A stretch of DNA of 64,000 bases. It comes from Octopus sinensis (Eukaryota). Both the position numbers and the translations under genes were made by a program. The notes under the pieces were generated by a model. That model was not told the DNA's origin. It made no database searches and worked only from the letters and a program-made list of their open reading frames with translations. Position 1 is the stretch's first letter. Every line of letters starts with the position of its first letter. Positions 38,159 through 51,699 of this stretch are shown in pieces. Location: positions 71,672,001-71,736,000 of the forward strand of contig NC_043009.1 of assembly GCF_006345805.1 (NCBI RefSeq), given 5' to 3'.

Positions 38159-38421
38159 TCTCATTAATATTTCTGAAGAATTCCAAATGGCCTAAATCAG
38201 TAGAAGCGCCAGACAAATTCCTTTCCCTCTGAATGATTCCATCCCTTTCCCCTGATGCAGGGATCGACTTAGCCTTCCACTTCTCCACCTTTAGGAATTG
38301 ATAAAATTATTTCTAGTCAAAGTCTTCAGATTAATTAAATTGATTTCGTCTTCCATTATTCTGAAGTCAATTCTACTCACAATACAACTGTGGGATCTTA
38401 CCAAAGTTAGAAATTAATAGC

Positions 38422-38453
<32 letters not shown>

Positions 38454-38469
38454 TGGTGGTAGTAGTGCG

Positions 38470-38685
38470 AATGAGCTGGCAGAAGCGTCAACACACCAGG
38501 CAGGATGCTCAGCATCTTGTTGTCCATCTTAACATTCTGAGTTCAAATTCTGCTGAAGTTGACTTTGCCTATTAATCCTTTTAGGGTTGATAACATAAGT
38601 ACCAGTTACTCACCAGGGGTCAATGTAATTGACTAGTCCCCTTCCCAAAAAGTTCCAGGCCTTGGGCCTATGGTAGAAATTATTA
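38470..38685 (+). mobile_element. tRNA-derived SINE (gagctggcagaa..gagttcaaatt family)
   Basis: B-box-like gagttcaaattc, then gactttgcc..ataagtaccag. Related copies at ~5880-6060(-), 7590-7780(-), 25430-25650, 26385-26500, 45090-45200(-) and 51460-51670. Confidence 0.7.
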
Positions 38686-40074
38686 TTTGGGATTTTAGAG
38701 GAGGTGGGGGCTACTCTATTACATCAACCCCCAGTACTCAACTGGTATTTATTTTATTGTATGTGAAAGGATGAAAAGTAAAGTTGATGTTGGTGGAATT
38801 TTAACTCAGAACATTATGCTGACAAAATGCTGCTAAGCATTACCAAAGATGATGATGGCTGAAGATTGATTCTTTCACCTTAGTGGCATTTTCTAAAAGA
38901 ATAAAAACTATAACAATAAGTTTGCTGAAGCTGCTAAACTTTGTTAAGCAGTTCCCATTAGTGAAAGAATTTGGCAAATATTTACCAAATGTTCCTCACA
39001 ACCATTTCTCTGTTTAACCAACTTTCTGCTGCTACCTGTTAGCATTTTTATTATTTTTTTATTAGTTTGGTTTTTATTTCAATTTTTTTTTTTTTGTATA
39101 TTTTCCTTTCAGAGTTTCATAACAGTTCATAAATTACCTGCAAAACTCAGCTCTTCCAGGAATGTATTTAACCAGTTTGTGCTTCCAGTCCAGTGATCTT
39201 TAACCTGCTTTTTCAAAAAACAGTGTTTTAATCAGGTTTGTTTTGAGTTATTTTTGGAAAAAAAATTACAAAAGTAGAACCTACCTTTCATAATGGATGT
39301 AGGCCCAGCTGCTTGCTCAAGAAGATTGCTTCAATACCCCATGGTTTTGAGTTCAATTCCCATCTTGGACAAAAATCTTCTGCAATAGCTACAAATTAAC
39401 TGAAACCTTGTAAGTGATATTTGGTTGGTAGAAACTGCATTGAAACCTACCAGAAAGACCATTCCTGTTCAGTTTATCACCAGCACCTGGGCTTTGAGTA
39501 CCATTTGCTGAATACAGTCTCTGGTATGGAGGCCAGGGTTCTGATCAGAGGAGAACTTTATCTCTCCTCCCACCCCATTAGGGACAGAGACCCCATATAG
39601 GGTCAGAAACACTGCCTTTCGTTTTTGATGAGATCACTAAAACAGAAAAGCATTTAAATATAGCAAATGCTGTTACATAGTTTGGGTGATATACACACTA
39701 CAGTACCACTGCGGGGGGGTATATATAGGGAGGGAGTGTATGTATTTATGTGTGTATGTGTCTGTGTGTGTTTGTGTGTGTGTTTATATTTGTCCCCCAA
39801 CACTCCTTGACAAACAGAGCTGGTTTGTCTCTATCCCTATAACTTAGCAGTTCAACAGAAGACATCAATAGAATAAGTCCTAAGCTTAATAAATAAGTAC
39901 TGGGGTTCAAGTTAATCTCTTGAAGCAGTGCCCCAGCATGGCCACAGTCCAATGGCTGAAACAAGTGAAAAAGATTAAAACATTATATAAGGCGCAGGAG
40001 TGGCTGTGTGGTAAGTAGCTTGCTTACCAACCACATGTTTCCAGGTTCAGTCGGTTGTTCTGAAATCCAAGGTA

Positions 40075-40665
40075 CTTTGAATGAGCCGGGGCTATGTGGA
40101 ACTGGTGCAGGAAGCAGCCCAGGTCTTTGCAGTCACAGTATATCTCCAGAGATCTCGGTCCTTCATCATTGCCTCTGTGAGGCCCAACACTCTGAGGTCA
40201 TGCTTGACCACCTCATCCCATATCTTCCTGGGTCTACCTTTCCCCTTGATACTTTCAACTGTTTGGGAGCGGCACTTCTTCACACATCTCTCCTCATCCA
40301 TCCGCAGTACATGACCATACCATCGCAAGCATCGCTCTTGCACACCACATCTGATGCTTCTTATGTCCAGCATTTCTCTCAGGGTGCTTACACTCTGTCG
40401 TGCATTCACACTGACATTACACATCCAGCGGATCATGTTAGCTTCATTTCTTTCAAGTCTACGCATGTCCTCTGCAGTCACAGCCCATGTTTCACTACCG
40501 TGAAGCATGGCGGTTCGCACACAAGCATCATACAATCTACCTTTCACTCTGAGCGAGAGACCCTTTGTCACCAGTAGGGGTAAGAGCTTTCTAAACTTTG
40601 CCCAGGCTATTCGTATTCTAGTGGTGACACTCTCTGAGCATCCACCTCCACTACTAACTTGGTCA
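40075..40665 (-). mobile_element. RTE LINE C-terminal fragment
   Basis: ORF ..RIRIAWAKFRKLLPLL..LRWYGHVLRM..GRPRKIWDEV, same family as 44037-44501. Confidence 0.88.
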
Positions 40666-40771
40666 TGTATGTATGTATGAATGTGTGTATGTATGTATGT
40701 ATGTGTGTATGTATGTATACATACATATAAATACATGCATATATAGACAACATATTCTCAATTATAAAATA

Positions 40772-41218
40772 ATGTACATTTAAACACAAGAGAAAATTGC
40801 CTTTAACAGGCAGTTTTTACATGCTAGAAGAAGTAGTCAAAACGACCAAAACCATATTTAAGAGCATTCTTCCAAAGGAATGAAAAATAAAAATTTTTAC
40901 CTTCTTATTTTATTCTGGTCTGACCTAGGTTTCTAAATTTTTTTAGCAAATAAAATAATTTGCTAGGCAAAATTTTTCATCAATGACCGCGCCATAACAC
41001 TAGCATATAATTAAGAGACGATTAACACGTGTCTCTTCGTTTTACATTATAATATTTCAAATTCACTACGCAAGGGCAGTATCAATCAGCAGTAAATGAA
41101 TGACTACCTTTTTCATTCCTTTTGAAGATTGCTCTTAAATGTGGTTTTGGTCATTTTGACTACTTCTTCTAGCGTGTAAAAACTGTTGAAGACAGTTTTC
41201 TCTAGCGTTTCAATGTAC
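40772..41218. repeat. Element with ~115-bp imperfect terminal inverted repeats (MITE or foldback)
   Basis: tgtaca..gtttttacatgctagaagaagtagtcaaaa..ggaatgaaaaa is mirrored at ~41108-41218. Confidence 0.7.
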
Positions 41219-41319
41219 ACCAGCCTATATATATTTTACGTACAAGCATGGCACCTTGGGCAAGTGTCTTCTGGTATGGAGGCCAGGATTTGGTAGACGG
41301 AAACTGAAAGAAGCCCATC

Positions 41320-41355
<36 letters not shown>

Positions 41356-41357
<2 letters not shown>

Positions 41358-41620
41358 AATAAATATAAGAGAGTGGTCACTATATTGCTCACTCTAGCAC
41401 CAGTTAATCCAAAAGGTTTCAACCACGAAAATACATGTTTCCCTAACTGGTGCTAGAGTGAGCAATATAGTGACCACTCTCTTATATTTATTTTGTAAAA
41501 ATATTATAATATGTTATAAAATATTATAATAATCCAGGTTTCTCGTAGCACTAGGCCACTTGGTGTTGAATAAATATACTATTAAATTAGTATCTAATTC
41601 TCTCACCCTTATTAATTAAT
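41356..41620 (+). mobile_element. Penelope-like LTR fragment with inverted 5' piece, inserted in the (TA)n of a SINE
   Basis: 41356-41406 is the reverse complement of ~41448-41495. (TA)n on both sides. The 3' end (cttggtgt...tcaccctt) resembles the end of the 13000 element. Confidence 0.6.
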
Positions 41621-41947
41621 TATATATATATATATATATGTACGTGTGTGTATATGTTTGTGTATTTGTATTTGTTCCCCCAACATCGCTTGACAACTGA
41701 TGCTGGTGTGTTTACGTCCCCCATAACTTAGCGGTTCAGCAAAAGAGACTGATGGAATAAGTACTAGGCTTACAAAGAATAAGTCCTGAGGTCGATTTGC
41801 TCGACTAAAGGCGGTGCTCCAGCATGGCCACAGTCACATGACTGAAACAAGTAAAAGAGAGAGCATATATATGTGTGTGTGTGAGAGAGAGAGAGAGTGT
41901 GTATGTATGTATGTATGTATGTATGTAAGTGTGTGTGTATGTATATA

Positions 41948-42454
41948 CAGGGTCTTGCAGATAAATTGAGACCAATTCTAAGCAGTTGACTCTGGATGGG
42001 GCAGAAGTCTGGGCTTGACAATGTGATGCTTATCCAGGAATCTGCACCATGCCATGGGTCAAAAGCAACACAGGTTTTCCTTGATGAGAAGGTGCCATTT
42101 TTTTGTGAGGCCCAACATCTGGCCCAGTAATGGCCCAGATCTCAACCTTCTCGATTACTTTTTACTTCATTCAATGACCAATGTTTCACCACACTCGAGT
42201 GTCAACAGTTTGAAGCCCTGAATCGTGCATGTGACATGCAAAAGCTAAACGGGGAGAGGTTGCAGCAGCTGCAAAAAAGTTTCGCTCTTGTGTGGGGGCA
42301 GAAATTACCGAAAAGGGCAGCCATATTGAGTGATAAAGGTTTTTGTTGTAATGAATGTTACATTAAAATTATGTCTGTCTTCTGCCATTATCTTAGTATT
42401 TATAACCAGTTTTATGCAGCATGAAAATTGTCTCAATCTATCAGCAAGACCCTG
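41948..42454 (+). mobile_element. Internally deleted Tc1/mariner-superfamily element
   Basis: ~29-bp TIRs (cagggtcttgc.gata.attgagac), TA flanks, and remnant QESAPCHGSKATQ...PDLNLLDY. Confidence 0.82.
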
Positions 42455-42548
42455 TATGTGTGTGTGTGTCTGCATGCGTGTGTGCGTGCATGTGTGTGTG
42501 TGTGTGTGTGTAAGTGTGCATGCATGCGCACGTGTGTGTGTGTGTTTG

Positions 42549-42591
<43 letters not shown>

Positions 42592-43399
42592 CTGAGCTCA
42601 TCTCAGAGTTGTTTGTACAATAAATATTCCAGTGACTGAGTCTGTCTGAGAAAGCCTGAACAACTGAGGACTTAAAATCAGAGAAATGTTACCTTCAGTT
42701 TATTGCAGCCAACCTTCGATGTCTGTTGCTTGCTGATTCTTAAGAAATTGGGATGGAAAAGTCACAAGAACCCTAAAATCACATAATCTCATATCCTGTT
42801 CAACTTTCAGTGGAAGGGATTACTGGAAGCCACCTCCGTCATTTCTCAAGAAGCATACCATTATGAGCAATCCAATTGAGGCCACAAGCACCCAACGAAG
42901 AACATTAGTACAACTAACAGGTCTCTCATTCCTTACTCCCACACATGAAAAAAGAAATAAATAAAATCACAAAATACCACATTAAACACACAGAGAAATT
43001 AGAATGGCAACCGAGTTCTGCTTCTAAGGAACCAGAATGAGTGCAGAAAATAGAAGAAACTTATATGTTTTTCTACTTTTATTTGTTTTTTGGTTTGTTC
43101 TTTATTATTGAGGTCAGACTTCCTCCATTTAATCTTTTTGTAAACAGCCTGGCCTCGTTAGAACATGAAGCCTCCTTTAAAAGAAATTAAAAAGAAAGAA
43201 GGAGTGACTGTATGAATGAATGAAAAAGAAAATGAAGGAGGAAAGAGCAGGTGGGGGGAGGCACTAATATTGTGGGGATGGGGGAGTTGATCTACTTCCT
43301 GTTCATTCAGAATTCTTACCCAGAAGACTCTGCTTGACCTCCCTATTTTACTTCCTGTTTGTGAATTATAAAGCTGATGATAATGACACTGAGGATGAC

Positions 43400-43440
<41 letters not shown>

Positions 43441-44017
43441 CGATGATGATGATGATGATGATGATAGAGAGGTGTGGTCAAGGTGTTCCAAAGAATTATG
43501 AGCAAAAATTCAAAAGAAAATATTTTGTTTCCTTTTAGTGTCCAAGGGTTCCTGTTATTAAAAGAATGCGAGATTTATAAAGAATTATTTGAAGGTCTAC
43601 ACATTCTTTAGGTGCTGGGACAATTCCTACCTCCCCCCCCCCGGTCGGTTAATTTGTCCCCAGTCCTTTAAAATAGACGTCTTTTAATTCAGACATTAAT
43701 TCTTCCATTTATCCTATGATCTCCACGAATTGACTGACGATGAATTGACCCAGAGATGCATTGACCAGTGATTAATTGACCGGAGACAAATTGAAAGATG
43801 CAAACTACTGTCGATGAATTAACCAGACACCATTCTTTGTAATTCAGTTAAATGACAGATTGAAACAAATATTCTGGTTGTCAACTATTATGGAATTATA
43901 TTTTCTTCCAACAAATGTATGTTCAAGATATTGGTTTCTGATTTTGGTACAGGGCCAGCAATTTTGGTGAAGGATTAAATCGGCCTCAGTGTTCCACTGG
44001 AATTTATTTTATCAATG

Positions 44018-45090
44018 AGAGCTCTTACCTCTGCTGGTGACAAAAGGCCTCTCGCACAGAGTAAAAGGCAGACTGTATGACGCGTGTGTACGAACAGCCA
44101 TGCTACATGGCAGGGAAACATGGGCCGTGACTGCTGAGGATATGGGTAAGCTCGCAAGAAATGAAGCCAGTATGCTCCGATGGATGTGTAATGTCAGTGT
44201 TCATACTCGACAGAGTGTAAGTACCTTGAGAGAAAAGTTGGACCTAAGAAGCATCAGTTGTGGTGTGCAAGAGAGACGTTTGTGCTGGTATGGTGATGTG
44301 GCGAGAATGGATGAAGATTGTTGTGTGAAAAAGTGCCACACCCTAGCGGTTGAGGGAACCTGTGGAAGAGGTAGACCCAGGAAAACTTGGGACAAGGTGG
44401 TGAAGCACAACCTTCGAACTTTAGGTCTCACTGAGGAAATGACTAGAGACCGAGACCTCTGGAAGTGTGCTGTGCGTGAGAAGACCCGGCAGGAAAAGTG
44501 AGACCATAACCCGTGGCCTCTACATGGGATGTAGCCAGTCCACTTATGCATACCTTTCCTTCTTGGTACACAAAACTCTACTTGTGAAAACCTGTTGAGG
44601 CAAGTGAGAATCGAAATCGATCAACATCAATGGAAATTGCAGCTGTGATACCAGTGCCCATGGCACATAAGAGAACCATCCGAACATGGCCGTTGCCAGC
44701 GCTGCTCCGACTGGCCTCGTGCCGGTGGCACGTAAAAAGCACCATCCGTTCATGGCCATTGCCAGCCTCACCTGTCCCCCGTGCCGGTGGCACGTAAAAA
44801 GCACCATTCGATCATGGCCGTTTGCCAGCCTCATCTGGCACGTAAAAAGCACCATCCGATCATGGCCGTTTGCCATCCTCGTCTGGCACCTGTGCCGGTG
44901 GCATGTAAAAAGCACCCACTACACTCACGGAGTGGTTGGCGTTAGGAAGGGCATCCAGCTGTAGAAACATTGCCAGATCAAACTGGGCCTGGTGCAGCCT
45001 TCTGGCTTCCCAGACCCCAGTTGAACTGTCCAACCCATGCTAGCATGGAAAGTGGACGCTAAACGATGATGATGATGATGATGATGATGA
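44018..45090 (+). mobile_element. RTE LINE 3' end with repeated 3'UTR motif and (GAT)n tail
   Basis: ORF KGRLYDACVRTAMLHG..LCWYGDVARM..RGRPRKTW; ends ..ggacgctaaacgatgatgat. Confidence 0.9.
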
Positions 45091-46699
45091 ACCCTGAGAG
45101 GATGAAAGGCAAAGCTGACTTCCGTGGAATTTGAACTCTGAACATAAAGACAAGTGAAATGTCACTAAGCATTTTGCCTGGCATGCTAACAATTCTGCCA
45201 GCTGAAGGCCTTAAATTAGTTTAGGAATAATGCAATAGAAATTATTGCAGATGGGATGAGAAGATGGTAAGTGGCCTTCCAATCCCAAAATGTGTGTGTC
45301 TGTGTGTGTGTCATTTTGCATAAAATGCTATGCCAAGACAGCAAGTAGACCATGGCTCAATAAACGAATAGAGAGTGTGTATCTTTTATTGAGGATATTA
45401 ATCCCAAAGGTGATGGCATGACTGTGTGGCAAGAAGTTTGTGTTCCTAATCACATTGTTCTGAGTTCAATCCCATTGTATGGTACCTTGAGCAAGTGCCT
45501 TTTACTACAGCCCAGCAAACTAAATCATTGTGAGTGAATTTGGTAAATGGAAACAAATAAAACAAAATGTGGAAGTGGAAAGAAATTTTTTATAGGATTT
45601 GTTTAGGAAAGAATCATTAAGAAAGTTCAATTGAAATCCATCTCACTTATCTAAAGCAAAACTCTGGCGGGAAAAATCTGTTGCCATAGAAATATGCAGG
45701 TAAGGGATGAATTTGTATTTACTCATTAATAAATTTTGAGAAGATCAAAGACTTCAAACAAGATTTTATATAAGCAGGTAGGAAGGTAAAAATCCCTTGT
45801 CTCATTATTGAATTGAGATCCTTTATAGAAGATCATTATCATCATCATCATCATTTAATGTTCAGGTGACATGATGGCATGGCTTGAGTGGTTCAACAGC
45901 ATCCAGTGGGCCCAAGGACTGCACCCAATGGTCAACTGTCTCTACACCTGTCAACTGTCTCTACACCTGGATGCCCTTCCTGATGCCAACCACTTTACAG
46001 CATAGACTGGGTGTTTTCTATGTGACACCAATATGGGTGATGTCAGCTTTATGCAAGAAGTATGAGAGAAGGGGCCAGTGTGGAACAGGTTTCTTGCTGT
46101 AAAGGGATCACATGGTCACTGATGTTTTAGAAGAGAGGGAGCAGGATGATCAAAGTAGCCGAGGAAAGAGATGAAATAGTGGGGATGAGGTGTCTGGGTG
46201 GAGACTCAAGGTACAAGGTGAATAGAAGTGGGGAAGAGGCAGAAGACTCAGGAGTGCAAGTGGGAGGAGGTTGCAAGAATATAAGAGAGAGTGAGAGATG
46301 GGGAGTGGGTGAGAGGGGGGGATGAATATAAGGATTGAAGAACAAGTGTTGAGTGGATGATGAGTGGAGGTGGTAGGAAATAGGTGGGGAACAACTGTAT
46401 AGATTGGAGGGGATTGAGGGCAAATAGGGGAGTGGAGATGACCCCCCCCCGATGGTGTAGGGGGTGGGGAAGAGTATCAGAGAGAAAGAGAGATGAGTGA
46501 TTGTGTTGGTTGCCAGAGTGGGGGGGGGCAGGAAAGAGAGAGAAGCAGCGGTGGTGGATGAGGGGAGCAAGAGATGTATAATGGTGGAGGAGTTGAAATG
46601 ATTTGGTGGCCCGTGGAGGGAGCCATGTAATGTGTGGGTGGAGCAGACAGCACTAAGGATGGGGGTTGTATATCATTTTATATTAACAGAATATAATTA

Positions 46700-49260
46700 A
46701 TGAGACATAATTAATTCCATTAGTTTGATGGGTGTTATATCTCAGTATCTGGGTTATGTACACAAATAATTTATAAATATCAAGAATATATTATTTAACT
46801 GGAAGTTATGTCTTAAGTAGATTTCTAGAGGAAGTAATACATACAAGATGATACATTCAAGTTGAGTTAAAGATATATCTAAACGAAGGAGTCAGGAAAA
46901 AAATTTACCAAATAAGTGTCTGCTGATACAAGAATGAATGCAAAGTTTGAGAATCTTATCCCTGATTATGTTGAGGATTTTTTGTGTTAGAATGATGAAA
47001 AAGTTATTTTTCTGGAAAAGGGAACTTAGTTTAGCTTTATGAATTAGAATCATGCATTCTTGCTGTACAATTATAGTGGACAATAAATGCTAAATCCGGT
47101 CGTAATACCTGAGATGGATACAGAGAAGTTATCAAATATTTGGTTGGATGTAAATTTATCCTACAAAAGCAGCTCAAAGTTAAGAGGCAGGTGATTAGGT
47201 AGCAAATTGGAAAGATGTAGTTTGTTTTGTAGTGTACACTTGAGGGAAATTCCTCTCCTCTCTCTATTATATATACATACGAACATAGAAGATAACAGCT
47301 AGCCTTTGGCCGCATTTTGGACCCTGTTGTGTCCACTGCTTTGATTGATTGATATTGGCGTAATTTGTCTCTTGCTCCATTGTGCGCTAATATGCCACCC
47401 AACCAATCGCAGCCTTCAAATAAGGTGATGTGTGACAGCTTGTTATTCTACCTCAGCTGAGCCCACAATTATTTATAAAAAAACCTAACTTTTCCTCGTC
47501 TCAAGGTCTTTGGTTTCAGACCTTTTATGGTCTGGCCACTGACCATACAAGACACCGCCAGTTCCAGTGACAACACAACAGCAGCCACGTGGAGACTCAT
47601 CAACCTCGTCCAGCAGCATTACGGCAACCTCCATCTCCGTTGCCACCATTTGTCTTAACGTCAACATCTCTTCCAGCTTCCAACACTCCACTGTTCATGA
47701 ATTACTTCACCATGGACCAACAGCGAATATACAACCTGCAAGAACTCCTATACCAAGTGACCCAGGCAGCAGCATTACAGCTACAACTTCACGTACAACA
47801 TGTACCACAACTGGCTCTGCATCATGGCTGCAACTTCTTGATACAGTATTTCAACTATCGTGTACCATTGACTATGAACTGGTGTTTATCATTCTTGTGT
47901 CTATGAACTTCTCACTTCAATGGCTACAGACTCTTTCACTGTCTCTTCTTCATTGCTATCCTTATATGTTCTTAACAAGTATATGGCCATGCCTACATAC
48001 ACACACATACATCTTGTTCTTGTGACGGCCTGTCTATTATTCTGTATATATGACGCACACACAATCACACGTGTTAACATATCAATAAATCGTCTCTTAA
48101 ACATTCTGCCCGGTTGTGTCTCTCTTTTCCCTCTGGCACATAAATGTATTATTGTATTGATTGTGTGATGTACTAAGGAGCCATTCTTGTCACCTCACTT
48201 CACATGGACGTTTCAAATTGGTGATACGTTCCAGCTCTTTGAAACAGAAAACAATTACAATGGGAGAAGGAGATACTCCACAGGTATCTAAACCTTCAGT
48301 TCCATTATAGTTTAATACAAGAAAACAAAACCATGAGTTTGAAGGTATGAGAATAAATTGCGGAGGGAAAGGACCACCTTGAAACTTGAATTAGATGAAT
48401 TTATAAACAGGGAAGAAACAATAGAAACCATTTATTACAGAAAAAAGATTTTCTGGGTGAATAACGCAAAATATAATTTTAAAATATTACTAGAAAATAG
48501 TTTGGTTATATAAGTTAGAAATAAGATCAGTAAAATGAAGTAAAATACAACAATATGAATCTAAAATCACAAGTTTTTTTTTTGATGGGTAGAAGAATGT
48601 GAAAAAGTCAGAGAAGAATCCTTCTAAGTTCCTGCAAAATCAAACTATCTGAAAAAAGAATTGGTAGCAAAGATGTATTAAAGATATATTTCAAAAGATT
48701 TGGGATTACACAATAATATCTTCTTTGATATTTTGTTGTGAAGGAAGGATTTAGCAACAAGTATTTCCTGTTTTTCAATTAGTCAAGTAACATTATTTTC
48801 TCCGGTCTGTATTTGAATGAATAGGATAGTTTAAAAGTATTTGTAGCTAAATATTTTCGTAATAGTTTTACTCTGAAAATCGAAATAATATATTTCTAAA
48901 TCTCTCAGACAGATTTATGCAGTAGCAGCATGATAAAGTGATAGTGTGTTGTCGACTTAATGTGACAGTCCCACAGTCCAATAGGAAACGGTGTTTCCTA
49001 GGGCTAAATAACAGTAGCATTCTTCCCTTTTATGGGACAACATGCTATCGCTTTAGTTTTACTCTGGTATCATTTAATAGTATTTATGCTGAAAGGTGAG
49101 TTCTTCTTAAATATAAGATAAAATATTTTCTACCCAGCTTCCATGTTGTAAGGTGGAATATACCAACAAATGCATCTTTGTCGATTTCTATTTTTTTAAT
49201 TTTCTCAGGAGTTTGTGTGTTCATGAATTCCTCTCCTTCTTAAAACTTTATTAAGATATG
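46700..49260 (-). pseudogene. Highly degenerate Penelope-like ORF remnants
   Basis: Minus-strand pieces such as NRNRQRCICWYIPPYN..LGRKY (~49110-49195) and LYPS (~47115) resemble PLE RT/linker motifs. Many stops; probably rearranged. Confidence 0.4.
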
Positions 49261-49764
49261 ACAATTCTTAAATATATACAAGAGTGTGTGAAATCCATCA
49301 TTACCATCATCATCCTCATTTAATGTCCAGTTTTCCATGCTGGCCGAGGTTAGACTGAATTTTTGAAGCCCTTTCGGTCAACAGCCTTTCCACTTGCCTC
49401 TTACAGCACACAGGAACACAATGCAGTGATTCTAAGACCAGGATTTTGAGACGATAAAGGAATCTAATTCTAATTACGTCTCTAGAATTACAAATATGTG
49501 TGTGTGTGTATGTGAGAGAGAACAGTAATTTCTTGTATGTGTGTGTGTGTGCACAAAAGCATGAAATCACAGTCAACTCTCTCTCTCTCTTACACAAACA
49601 TTCATATGCACATTGATAGATATACATATGCATGCACATGTGTTTGTGTGCATATATATACATATAAATATACATGCATGCACACACACACATGCATATA
49701 TATATGTATGCATATGCACACACACAGACACACACACACACACATATATATGTGTATATATATA

Positions 49765-49824
<60 letters not shown>

Positions 49825-49925
49825 AACATGCATACATTTTAAATCAGTGTAAATGCATATATGTTTGTACATGAGAAGCAAACATTTGTATGAATGTAAA
49901 TTGGTGTATATTTTCAATATCATTT

Positions 49926-49960
<35 letters not shown>

Positions 49961-51699
49961 TATAGACACAAATTCATACAGAGATGTTACAGACAGGATA
50001 TCTGAAGAGGTCCCCTGAGAAATAATAAACACTCAACAGCTGAGTGACCCCTTTAAACTGAACAGGCAATTCCTATGCTAAGGGTACCTAAACTGTGGGT
50101 GTTTATGACTCCCTTTATGTTGTTCTGACCCTAACCCTAACCCTTTTGATATTTTGCAGCAGCCAGACTGCAAAGAAATTACAATTTCTTAAACCCTTTT
50201 CTTCACATGGACCAAAACTTCATGTTCAAATATAAGACCACCCTGAAGAAGAAAAGGAAACCAACATTTAAAGAAGAAGTTGTTTAATAAGGGTGGGCGG
50301 TAACATGAATCTGTTTTTAAAAGTATATAATAAGATTTTAGAGATGGGTCAATGAGGACACCTCTAGATGGTAGAGAGAGTAGCCAAATCACCCTCAACC
50401 TGAACTTGCCTTATACTCTGACTGACCTAATGTGTAGTATTTTGAAAGACAATCTTCTACAGGAATCTAGAATGTAGAGTACTTCTAGTGTCTGCCTTCA
50501 AGAGAATATTTGCTAAATGTTAGATATAGTCTTCATGTCCTTAGTTTCTGCATTCTACCATAGTTTGGTGAGAAGTAATGGCACAGGGGGGCATTTCTTG
50601 CCATGGGGAGGCACTTGCTCTCATTCCTTCATTTCAATCCTTCGCTTCAAATGTATAACAGAAACGGTTCTCATGAAAAGTTATGCAAGTTTTTATGCTT
50701 TCTTTGTTAAGTTAAATTAATGAAGCCGCAACAGTTTAATTCCCAAGATCTTATGGATCTTGTTTCAAATCCCACCAGAATAAACTCTGCATTTATTTCA
50801 GAGAAATGATATGAAGAAAACTTGTATAAAAAGACTGATTCTGCAAACAAATAGTCCCATCCATTCACTGCTCAATTCAAGAGTAACTTTTCACAAATTT
50901 TTTTTGTAACAGAGGTTGATTTAGTGAATGAATTTCATCACACAATTAAAAACTGAAATCTGGATTCTGATGGGGTTTTTTTTATTATTGAAACAGAAAC
51001 AATGTGTATAGTATATTTAACTGTTTTGCCATAATTTATTTGTAAACACAAAGAACTGGTTATTGTCATGTCTGACTCCTTGTTAAGATTTCAAATTCCC
51101 ATTGCATGTCTGAGTCCCTGTTTAATTTAGGCTTCATTTTATCACCTTTAAAAAGGAATAAATTTTTTGTAATTAACTGAAAATGTCATCATTTTGCAAA
51201 TTTTATAGTATACCATTTTGAAAAGTGATATAATTAACAGAATTTTGTGATTATTTGGTTTGTAATTAAGCAGACAAGCAACTAAGTATATAACTTAAAT
51301 GAGCCGATACCACAATTTGGATTATTAAGTTTAAAAGACGATGTAATGAATGTCATATGCAAAAAATTCTTAATTAATTGAAATTGCTCTGTTATTTGGA
51401 GAAAGAAAGCAAAAACCAAGTGGCAATTGCTGAAGAAAAAGGAAGATGAAGCAGTGAAGTGGGCAGCAGACTCATTAAAATACCAAAGTGTTAAGCAATA
51501 GTTCTCCCTTCTCCCAATTTTATGTTCCGAGTTCAAATGCTACCAAGGTCAGCTTTGCCTTTTTTCTTTTCAAGGTTGATAAAATAAGGACCAATTGAGC
51601 ACTGGGGTCGATGTAACTGATTGGCCCCACTTCCTCAAAATTTCAGGCTTTGTGCCTATAGTAGAAAGGTAAAAAAAAAGGTGAGGTAATTTCAAGGAA

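Noticed and set aside
44655-44920. Repeat-spacer pattern resembling a CRISPR array
   Set aside because: Eukaryotic LINE 3'UTR; spacers are homologous to each other and there are no cas genes.
47567-48025. 152-aa and 105-aa ORFs in a higher-GC island
   Set aside because: No recognisable domain or splice support; lies among decayed retroelement sequence.
50129-50143. ccctaaccctaaccc telomere-like repeat
   Set aside because: Only about two units; not an interstitial telomere array.
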